From: Bacteroidetes bacterium 43-16
GTDB taxonomy: Bacteria; Bacteroidota; Bacteroidia; Chitinophagales; Chitinophagaceae
Length of the DNA: 64,000 nt
Direction: 5' to 3'
NCBI GenBank assembly: GCA_001897525.1
Contig: MKTB01000024.1
Coordinates: 1,480-65,479, forward strand
The notes below the pieces were generated by a model that did not search any database, was not told the origin of the DNA, and saw only the letters and a list, made by a program, of their open reading frames with translations. The position numbers and the translations under genes are program-made. Below, one piece after another: positions 29,329 to 37,520 of this stretch (positions within the stretch are counted from its first letter, which is position 1; each line of letters starts with the position of its first letter).

Positions 29329-32300
29329 ATGAAAAAGCTAACCGAACTATCCATAAAAAGGCCCCTGTTAATCCTGGTAATTTTCACGGTGCTTATTTTA
29401 TTCGGTATCATCTCATACAAAAGCCTGAACTACAACCTGCTTCCTAAGTTTGATGCAAATGTAGTATCCGTAGTGACTACCTACAGGGGAGCCTCAGCCG
29501 ATGAGATCGAGAATACCGTAACCAAGAAAGTAGAGGATGCATTGTCCTCACTGGAAGGGATTAAAAAGATCACCTCTTCAAGCCAGGAAGGCGCTTCTGT
29601 CGTCACCGTAGAGCTGATCGCAGAGGCTAACGTAGACAAAGCGCAGAATGATGCACAAAGAAAAGTGGACCAGATCGCCTTATTGCTGCCTAAAGATGTA
29701 GACCGTTCTATTGTGAACAAATTCTCTTCCGACAACATCCCCGTAATGAGAATGGGAGTGTCTGCACAGACCGATGACAAAGACCTCTATGACATCATCG
29801 ACCAGCAGATCAAACCTCAACTGGGTAGTATTCCCGGTGTAGGACAGATCAACCTGATCGGGGGTAACGAGCGCCAGATCATCATCTCCGCCAACCCGGA
29901 AAAACTGGAGTCCTATAACATGACCATCGCCCAGTTGGCACAAGTCGTTAACCTGGCCAGCTTATCCACACCCGCCGGTAAGATCGAGACCGCCAGCGAC
30001 CAGTTCACCCTAAAATTCGATGCCAAGTTCAACGATATAGAACAGTTGAAAAGCATGGTCGTTTTAAGAGGAAAAGACGGTGGAGAAGTGCGCCTGAGCG
30101 ATGTGGCAGATGTTATGGACGGACAGACCGAAGTGACCAATATCAACCGCATCAATGGTCTTCCTTCCATCGGTATCCAGGTGATGAAACAATCAGATGC
30201 AAATGCCGTTGAAGTAAGTAAACTGGTGCAGAAAAAAATAACCGAGATCGAGGCCCAGTATGGCAAGCAAAACCTGAAATTCAATATCGCTTCCGATCAG
30301 AGTACCTATACCTTAGAGTCCGCCAATGCCGTAATGTTTGACCTGGCACTGGCCATCATCATTGTATCCTTCGTCATGCTCATGTTCTTACACAGCATAC
30401 GCAGTTCCCTCTTTGTACTCGTAGCCCTCCCGGCATCCATGATCCCGACCTTTATCTTCATGTATGTATTCGGCATGTCCCTTAATCTCATGACCTTAAT
30501 GGCCCTTTCCCTGGTAGTGGGTATCCTTGTGGATGACTCCATCGTAATCCTGGAGAACATCATGCGGCATATGGAAATGGGTAAAAACAAGCGCCAGGCC
30601 ACGATTGACGGGCGTTCCGAGATCGGTTTTACCGCCATGGCCATCACCCTGGTGGATGTTGTGGTATTCTTACCCATGGCATTAACCTCCGGTATGATCG
30701 GCAACATCCTGCGCGAATTTGCCTTAGTAGTGGTATGCTCTACCCTGATGAGCCTTATGGTCTGCTTTACGCTGACCCCGCTACTCGCTTCAAGATTTGC
30801 CAAGATCGTACACCTGGACAAGCGTACCGCCTGGGGCCGGATGAACCTATGGTTTGAAGACCAGATCACTAAAATAAGAGATGCATACACCAGCCTATTA
30901 CAATGGTGCCTGGGTAAAAAAAGATACGTCTTCATCCTGACCATTCTTTTATTAATCGGCTCCTTCACATTAGTAGGTAAAGGATTTATCGGCTTTGCCT
31001 TCATCAGTAAAGGCGACCAGGGCGAGCTGGTGGTGAAAATAGAAATGAGCCCTAACAGCTCCCTATACCAGACCAGCATGGCCACACAAGCCGCAGAACA
31101 GATCATCCTGAGGCAACCGGAAGTCAAAAATATGTTTACCAATATCGGTTATTCCAGTACCGGCGTAGCCACTACCAATAACAATAACCTTTCGGAGATC
31201 AACATAAAACTGGTTGACAAAAAAGACCGCAAGAAAAGTACCGAACAATTCACCAATGATATCTTTGACTCCTTAGCCAATATTACCGGGGCCAAGATCA
31301 CCATCGGCCAGATGGACATCATGGGTAATGCGGCACAGGCAGATATACAATACGTAGTGAAAGGTACCGACAGGGCGCAGGTGAAGAAAGTAGCCGAAGC
31401 CATGAAAAAGATGGTAGAGGAAACTCCGGGTACACAATACGTAGAATTCAGTACCAAGAATCCTAAACCACAGATCGAGATCTCACTGGACCGCCAGAAA
31501 ATGGCGATGTATGGTGTTAACCCAAGCGATGTGGCCAATGCAATCGCCAGCTCATTCCGGGGTAATGATAATGCCAAATTTACCTACAAAGGCAATGAGT
31601 ACGACATCATGGTGCAAAATGATGTATCCGACAGGTCCAGTATAGACAATATCAAAAACCTGAGTTTCCTGAACGCACAAGGGCAAAGCTTTACCCTGAG
31701 CCAGTTTGCAGCAGTAAATGAAGTAATGGGAGAAACCATCCTGCAACGTACCGACAGGCTGACCTCTATCCTCATCAATGCTACCTCAAACGGGCGTTCG
31801 CCGGGAACTATCGGCCAGGAATTGTCCAGAAAATTTGACGCTTATTTTAAGCAAAATAAAGAAGCCGTTGCCGGGGTAATCTATGAACCCTTCGGTAACC
31901 TGGCCAATACAGCCGATTCATTCATCAGCCTGTTGATGGCATTAGGCATCGGTATCGTATTGGTGTACCTCATCATGGTAGCCCTGTACGAAAATGCAAT
32001 CTATCCATTCGTAGTATTGTTTGCACTGCCACTGGCCATGATCGGGGCCTTCCTCGCCCTGGCCTTGACCATGAACGAGCTCACCATCTTTGCCATGATC
32101 GGTCTGATCATGCTCATGGGACTTGTGGCCAAAAACGGTATCCTCCTGGTTGACTTTACCAACCAGCGGAAAGCCGAAGGTGCAGGACTTATAGAAGCAT
32201 TGATCGATGCCGGTAAAGAGCGTTTCCGTCCCATCCTGATGACCACCATCGCCATGATCGTAGGTATGTTGCCTATTGCCCTGGCTACAGGTAGCGGTGC

Positions 32301-32481
32301 AGAAGTTAAAAATGGTATGGCCTGGGTGATCATCGGTGGGCTTACCAGCTCCTTACTGCTGACCCTCATCGTAGTGCCCTGTGTCTATTACCTGGTAGAT
32401 AAAATGCTGGGCAGGTTCAGAAGAAGAAGACGTAAAAAAGCCGTGAGGCTTGTTGTAGAAAGACAAGTGACCGGCCATTAA
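29329..32481 (+). CDS. RND efflux permease (AcrB/AcrD/AcrF family)
   Basis: GILVDDSIVILENI, AKNGILLVDF, RFRPILMTT; 1050 aa. Confidence 0.96.
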   Translation: MKKLTELSIKRPLLILVIFTVLILFGIISYKSLNYNLLPKFDANVVSVVTTYRGASADEIENTVTKKVEDALSSLEGIKKITSSSQEGASVVTVELIAEANVDKAQNDAQRKVDQIALLLPKDVDRSIVNKFSSDNIPVMRMGVSAQTDDKDLYDIIDQQIKPQLGSIPGVGQINLIGGNERQIIISANPEKLESYNMTIAQLAQVVNLASLSTPAGKIETASDQFTLKFDAKFNDIEQLKSMVVLRGKDGGEVRLSDVADVMDGQTEVTNINRINGLPSIGIQVMKQSDANAVEVSKLVQKKITEIEAQYGKQNLKFNIASDQSTYTLESANAVMFDLALAIIIVSFVMLMFLHSIRSSLFVLVALPASMIPTFIFMYVFGMSLNLMTLMALSLVVGILVDDSIVILENIMRHMEMGKNKRQATIDGRSEIGFTAMAITLVDVVVFLPMALTSGMIGNILREFALVVVCSTLMSLMVCFTLTPLLASRFAKIVHLDKRTAWGRMNLWFEDQITKIRDAYTSLLQWCLGKKRYVFILTILLLIGSFTLVGKGFIGFAFISKGDQGELVVKIEMSPNSSLYQTSMATQAAEQIILRQPEVKNMFTNIGYSSTGVATTNNNNLSEINIKLVDKKDRKKSTEQFTNDIFDSLANITGAKITIGQMDIMGNAAQADIQYVVKGTDRAQVKKVAEAMKKMVEETPGTQYVEFSTKNPKPQIEISLDRQKMAMYGVNPSDVANAIASSFRGNDNAKFTYKGNEYDIMVQNDVSDRSSIDNIKNLSFLNAQGQSFTLSQFAAVNEVMGETILQRTDRLTSILINATSNGRSPGTIGQELSRKFDAYFKQNKEAVAGVIYEPFGNLANTADSFISLLMALGIGIVLVYLIMVALYENAIYPFVVLFALPLAMIGAFLALALTMNELTIFAMIGLIMLMGLVAKNGILLVDFTNQRKAEGAGLIEALIDAGKERFRPILMTTIAMIVGMLPIALATGSGAEVKNGMAWVIIGGLTSSLLLTLIVVPCVYYLVDKMLGRFRRRRRKKAVRLVVERQVTGH

Positions 32482-32484
32482 AAT

Positions 32485-32520
32485 AAAAAATGACTGAACG
32501 CTCGTTCAGTCATTTTTTTT
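32485..32520 (+). terminator. Intrinsic terminator of the efflux operon
   Basis: aaaaaatgactgaacg-ct-cgttcagtcatttttttt. Confidence 0.88.
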
Positions 32521-32548
32521 AACTTCGGCACTCAATACAGCAATTACA

Positions 32549-33238
32549 ATGAAACCTAAACTGGTCATCTTATCAGGAGCCGGCATCAGCGCAGAGAGCG
32601 GCATACAAACCTTCCGGGACGGAGACGGCCTCTGGGAGAACCATAGAGTAGAAGATGTGGCCACGCCCGAAGCCTTTGCCCGGAACCCGCAGCTCGTACT
32701 TGACTTTTACAACTTTAGGAGAGCAGGAGTGAGAGAGGCACAACCGAATGCAGCACACCTGGGCCTGGCACAATTAGAAGAAGATTTCGAGGTACATATC
32801 ATTACCCAAAACATCGACGACCTGCACGAAAGAGCAGGCTCCACGAATGTGTACCACCTCCATGGCGAGATCTCAAAAATGCGCAGCGTTAATAATACCG
32901 ATGAACTCTTCCCCGTTGAAGGCGACATAAAACTGGGCGACCTTGCGCCCGATGGCGGCCAGCTTAGGCCACACATTGTATGGTTTGGCGAAGCCGTACC
33001 CATGATCTATGAAGTATTGCACCTGGTAGAAAAAGCAGATTTTTTTGTCGTCATTGGCACTTCATTACAAGTCTACCCCGCAGCAGGCCTGGTGCATGAG
33101 GTAACTCCCGGGACACCGGTATTTGTGATCGATCGTAAAATCCCATCTGTCGGGCACTTAAAAAATGTCACCAAAATTGAAAAGCCCGCGACTGAAGGTA
33201 TTCAAGAGCTGATCTCTAAATTACGCACCCGATTATAA
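32549..33238 (+). CDS. cobB: NAD-dependent protein deacylase (class III sirtuin)
   Basis: GAGISAESGIQTFR, TQNIDDLHERAG, HLHG, RPHIVWFGE, GTSLQVYPAA; FYNFRR carries the YxxR desuccinylase motif. Confidence 0.95.
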   Translation: MKPKLVILSGAGISAESGIQTFRDGDGLWENHRVEDVATPEAFARNPQLVLDFYNFRRAGVREAQPNAAHLGLAQLEEDFEVHIITQNIDDLHERAGSTNVYHLHGEISKMRSVNNTDELFPVEGDIKLGDLAPDGGQLRPHIVWFGEAVPMIYEVLHLVEKADFFVVIGTSLQVYPAAGLVHEVTPGTPVFVIDRKIPSVGHLKNVTKIEKPATEGIQELISKLRTRL

Positions 33239-33255
33239 TTATATATTCAAAGCAA

Positions 33256-33289
33256 AAAAACCGTTATCTCCGACAGGATAACGGTTTTT
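33256..33289 (+). terminator. Intrinsic terminator
   Basis: aaaaaccgttatc / gataacggttttt. Confidence 0.8.
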
Positions 33290-33591
33290 CTATTGAAGTA
33301 TCTCCAACAGGTTTCCTCTTTAACTAATGTTCCGTCCTTTGAATATGCACGAGATCGCAAAACCAAACTGAGGGTAAAGTATATTCAATCCAGGAACATT
33401 AAAAGTGATTAATTATCAATGTTATAGAAAACTTAATCTATTGAATGCCCAGACCATGGACCTATAGTTTTATCAGAAAATCATTAACTTTAATACTGCT
33501 TCCGGTGTGGATTGAATTGTTTGTAAACCCTCACAAGAAGCGATGACACATATCACCATTTTACCTTTTTGCTGGTATTAAAACAAGAAAT

Positions 33592-34746
33592 ATGGATCTG
33601 TTACAAAGATATCAAAAGGTACGTCAGTATTCTGAAACATTGGCCGCTCCCCTTATACCGGAAGACTTTTCCGTGCAACCGGCAGATTTTGTCTCCCCTC
33701 CAAAATGGCACCTGGCACATACCACCTGGTTTTGGGAACAATTTGTCTTGCTCCCCTTTTCAAAAGATTACAAAGTTTATGACGAGGACTTTGCCTACCT
33801 CTTCAACAGCTACTATAATAATGTAGGCAAAAGAGTATTACGTCCGGACAGGGGCAATATGACCCGGCCCGGCGTTGATGCCGTGATGCGCTACCGCGCT
33901 TATGTAGACAAGGCCATGCAGCAATTGCTGCAAACAGAAGTAGCCAGTGAAGTAAACAATATTATAGAAGTTGGCCTGAACCACGAAGAGCAGCACCAGG
34001 AATTATTTCTCTACGATATCAAATACATATTAGGCCATCAGCCTACATTCCCCGTTTATGGCCGCCCAGCAATCCTGCCATCCGAAAAAAAAGAACCCGG
34101 CTTTATAACCCTTAAAGAAGGCATCTACGAAATCGGGCATACAGGTGATGAGTTTTGTTTTGACAATGAACTGGGTCGCCATAAAGTCTATCTGCAGGAG
34201 GTTGCAATAGCCGACCGCCTCGTTACCAATAGCGAATACCTGGACTTCATCCATGCCGGTGGTTATGATGATTTCAATTTATGGCATGACGATGGATGGC
34301 ACTGGAAGCAGGAAAATAACATTGCGGCACCCATGTATTGGCACCTTATCGACAACGAGTGGTATGAGTATGACCTGGATGGCCTGCAACGATTAAACCC
34401 CGAAACTCCGGTAAAGCATATCAGCTTTTATGAAGCCTATGCTTACGCGTCCTGGCGCGGTATGCGCCTGCCTACAGAAGCAGAATGGGAAGCAGCCTCA
34501 GTACACTTTTCCTGGGGCAGTTTATGGGAATGGACCAACAGCGCTTACCTGCCCTATCCGGGTTTCAATAAAGCACCAGGAGCTTTAGGTGAGTACAATG
34601 GAAAATTCATGGTCAACACCATGGTACTGCGCGGGGCATCTGTAGCTACACCCGAAGACCATAGCCGCCGCAGCTACCGCAACTTTTTCTACCCGCACAT
34701 GCGCTGGCAATACGGAGGCATACGCCTGGCAAAAGACAGAATATAA
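33592..34746 (+). CDS. egtB: Ergothioneine biosynthesis sulfoxide synthase
   Basis: SPPKWHLAHTTWFWE, HEEQHQEL (Fe ligands), FGE-like domain with RLPTEAEWE, RRSYRNFFYP; adjacent egtD. Confidence 0.93.
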   Translation: MDLLQRYQKVRQYSETLAAPLIPEDFSVQPADFVSPPKWHLAHTTWFWEQFVLLPFSKDYKVYDEDFAYLFNSYYNNVGKRVLRPDRGNMTRPGVDAVMRYRAYVDKAMQQLLQTEVASEVNNIIEVGLNHEEQHQELFLYDIKYILGHQPTFPVYGRPAILPSEKKEPGFITLKEGIYEIGHTGDEFCFDNELGRHKVYLQEVAIADRLVTNSEYLDFIHAGGYDDFNLWHDDGWHWKQENNIAAPMYWHLIDNEWYEYDLDGLQRLNPETPVKHISFYEAYAYASWRGMRLPTEAEWEAASVHFSWGSLWEWTNSAYLPYPGFNKAPGALGEYNGKFMVNTMVLRGASVATPEDHSRRSYRNFFYPHMRWQYGGIRLAKDRI

Positions 34747-34772
34747 TGGTGAATGGTTAATGGTTAATTGAT
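34745..34772 (+). repeat. Short heptamer tandem repeat
   Basis: aatggtg aatggtt aatggtt aattgat, directly at the egtB stop. Confidence 0.6.
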
Positions 34773-34798
34773 TTTAGAAAGCAAGTAAAATAAAGTTT

Positions 34799-35806
34799 AT
34801 GCGACAAAAGGAAATATCTTCAACAAAAAATAGCAATAACTCAAGTCCAAAGACGAATACAGACAACAAGACTTTTCTGGCAGATGTATTAAAAGGATTG
34901 AGCCATCATCCCCAGAAAACACTATCCTCAAAATATTTTTATGATGAAAAAGGCAGTGCACTGTTCCGCAAGATCATGGCCCTGCCCGAATATTACCTTA
35001 CGCGCGCAGAAATGGATATCTTTCAAAACAAAACTGCTGAGCTCATTACCGCGCTTGAACTCGACAAGGCCATTAATTATGACCTAGTAGAACTGGGACC
35101 TGGCGATGGCACTAAGACCATCCATTTACTCAAAGGGCTGCTGGAACAAGGATACGCCTACAACTACCTGCCTATTGACATCTCTCAACATGCGCTCGAT
35201 GGGCTGGCAGATATGCTGGAAGAGCAAGTACCTGCCTTATCTGTAAAAGCCCTGCAAGGCGATTATTTTGAAAAACTCGGCATCCTCAAGTCTGCTCAGC
35301 GGCCTAAAGTAGTCCTGGTGCTGGGCTCTAATATCGGCAACCTCTCTGATGCAGAAGCCGCAACATTTATCCGGCAATTGAGCGACAACCTGAACCCGGG
35401 AGACAAGATCCTGCTTGGTGTAGATCTCATCAAACCCAAAGAAATAGTACTGCCTGCCTACGACGATAAGCAGGGCATTACAGCAGCCTTCAATATGAAC
35501 CTGCTCGAGCGGATCAACCACGAATTAGGGGCAGATTTTGACCTGTCACAGTTTGAACACCAGGCAGTCTACGAAGAGAAAGAAGGGCTCGCCAGCAGCT
35601 ACCTGGTAAGCAAAACAGCACAAACAGTGACCATAGATGGCCGGTCTTTCCGCTTTGCCCCCGGGGAGAGCATACATATGGAGATCTCCCGCAAATACAA
35701 TGATACCGTCATTAAACAAGTACTGGCCGGCACAGATATCCATATACAGTCCAGGATACTGGACAGCCGGGAATTGTTTGCCGACTACGTTTTAGCCCGG
35801 TCCTGA
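34799..35806 (+). CDS. egtD: L-histidine N-alpha-methyltransferase
   Basis: LSSKYFYDEKGS, PEYYLTRAE, ELGPGDGTK, LGSNIGN, AYDDKQGITAAFN, EISRKY. Confidence 0.95.
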   Translation: MRQKEISSTKNSNNSSPKTNTDNKTFLADVLKGLSHHPQKTLSSKYFYDEKGSALFRKIMALPEYYLTRAEMDIFQNKTAELITALELDKAINYDLVELGPGDGTKTIHLLKGLLEQGYAYNYLPIDISQHALDGLADMLEEQVPALSVKALQGDYFEKLGILKSAQRPKVVLVLGSNIGNLSDAEAATFIRQLSDNLNPGDKILLGVDLIKPKEIVLPAYDDKQGITAAFNMNLLERINHELGADFDLSQFEHQAVYEEKEGLASSYLVSKTAQTVTIDGRSFRFAPGESIHMEISRKYNDTVIKQVLAGTDIHIQSRILDSRELFADYVLARS

Positions 35807-35808
35807 TC

Positions 35809-37305
35809 TCATTTAACGGTGTTTGTTTTTCCTCCTTCTTTGTTCCGTTTCATGATCCGGAATAAAAAAGAAAGGATCTGCCCGCCATAGAAAAAACTGA
35901 AAGGAAGCGACATAATGATCAGCAGGTTACTGATGGCATTAAGTAAGGTATCCGAACCCAGGGCGGTCAAGCCCAATGCAGCAGCCGTGATGATTATACC
36001 CCAGGCCAGTTTATGGTGCTGCCGCGGATTGAGATTGCCCTGGTCAGAGAACATGGCCAGCACAAAAATGGCAGAGTCTACCGAATTAATAATAGACACG
36101 AGGACAAGCAGGGCCGTAATACCTATCGTGATACTGCTAAAAGGAAGCTGGTAAAAGAAATGATAGATAGAGGTAAAAACATCATCATACTCGCCGGAGT
36201 ACTGCCCGGCCTCCTGGATGAGGCTAATCGCTTTATTACTGAATATGCTGAACCAAAGCATCGTAGCCAGAGCCGGGACAATGATGGTGGCCACCAGGAA
36301 CTCCCGTATCGTCCTGCCCCTGGAGATGCGCGCAATAAAGATCCCGGTAAACGGTACCCAGGCAATCCAGAATGCCCAGTAAAAAACAGTCCAGTTATTG
36401 ACAAAGGTTTTACCGGTATGATATTCACCGATCGACAAACTCATTTCCGCAAAGTGGAGTACGTAATTTCCCAATGCACTCAGGGTGGGCCTGGCAAAAG
36501 ACACCCCGGTCAAAAACAAGGCGGTAAAGCACATTAGAGCGATACTCGCCACCATATCAAAATTAGCCAGGTATTTGATCACTTTCTGAATCCCAGTAAG
36601 TGCCGAAAAAGTCGCTATAACACCGATGCAAAGTACCGTAAGCAATAGCCCGGCATTACCCCAGTTCCATTGAAAAAATGTTTTAATACCACCCACAAAT
36701 TGCCCGGCCCCAAGGCCCAGCGAGGCGATCACACCCGTCAAAGTAATCAAGGTGATAAATATATACGTGAGCTGCGCAAACACCTTATTTTTATTACCCA
36801 GCAAAACTGCATGGGCGATGTTATACTCCTTGCGTATGTACATTTGCCAGGCTACCAGTAAGCCAAAGAGGCTGTATAGCGCCCAGGGCGTAAAGCCCCA
36901 GTGAAAAAAGGTATACTGTAATGCCAGTTGCTCCGGGGCTTTGTTATTTACTGGGGGATGCGTATAATAATAAACAGGCTCCTGCACCGCCCGCAGCAAA
37001 AGGCCTGAACCCATACCGGTACTGTACAGCAAAGCTATCCAGCTGAAACGGGAATATTCTGCGCCTTGCGTTCCCAGCCTTTTACGGCTAAAAGGCACTA
37101 CGATCAGCACCAATGACACGAGCACGACTAAGAAACCAAAAAGCAGGTAATAGTTAGCGAATACTTCAAGCACTATAGCATTAATGGCATTTAAACTATG
37201 GGTAATGAATACCGGGAACAAGATTCCGCCCAGCACCATAAGTACGCCAAAAATCGCTGCAGGCAATATCGTTCTGTTTTTTAGTATACTTATGAATCGG
37301 TTCAA
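35809..37305 (-). CDS. BCCT family (betaine/carnitine/choline) transporter
   Basis: YSTGMGSG, FFHWGFTPWALY, WTVFYWAFWIAWVPFTGIFIARISRGRTIREF; ~12 TM; TTG start. Confidence 0.92.
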   Translation of the reverse strand: MNRFISILKNRTILPAAIFGVLMVLGGILFPVFITHSLNAINAIVLEVFANYYLLFGFLVVLVSLVLIVVPFSRKRLGTQGAEYSRFSWIALLYSTGMGSGLLLRAVQEPVYYYTHPPVNNKAPEQLALQYTFFHWGFTPWALYSLFGLLVAWQMYIRKEYNIAHAVLLGNKNKVFAQLTYIFITLITLTGVIASLGLGAGQFVGGIKTFFQWNWGNAGLLLTVLCIGVIATFSALTGIQKVIKYLANFDMVASIALMCFTALFLTGVSFARPTLSALGNYVLHFAEMSLSIGEYHTGKTFVNNWTVFYWAFWIAWVPFTGIFIARISRGRTIREFLVATIIVPALATMLWFSIFSNKAISLIQEAGQYSGEYDDVFTSIYHFFYQLPFSSITIGITALLVLVSIINSVDSAIFVLAMFSDQGNLNPRQHHKLAWGIIITAAALGLTALGSDTLLNAISNLLIIMSLPFSFFYGGQILSFLFRIMKRNKEGGKTNTVK

Positions 37306-37520
37306 GATTAATCGTTTTTAAAACACCATCCTTTTCAATGCCATAGGGGCAGATAATGCCGGGGAATCGGCATTACTGTATCCACCAAATGCTATTCAAA
37401 TATACAGAATATAACAGCAAGGAAAATCAGCGCTACACAATATCCGCAAGTAGTTCTTTTTTTATTAAAAAAATATTACATTTGACTACCCTATTGTTTT
37501 AAGCGAAAAAATCCCTTGTC

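Noticed and set aside
33290-33591. Possible sRNA or structured egtB leader (GCTTC/GAAGC pairing; TGAT-N5-ATCA)
   Set aside because: Only short interrupted stems and no consensus promoter-terminator pair; not distinguishable from chance.
33592-34746. EgtB homolog as selenoneine synthase SenA or ovothiol OvoA
   Set aside because: No senB/selD neighbours and no C-terminal methyltransferase; paired with egtD.
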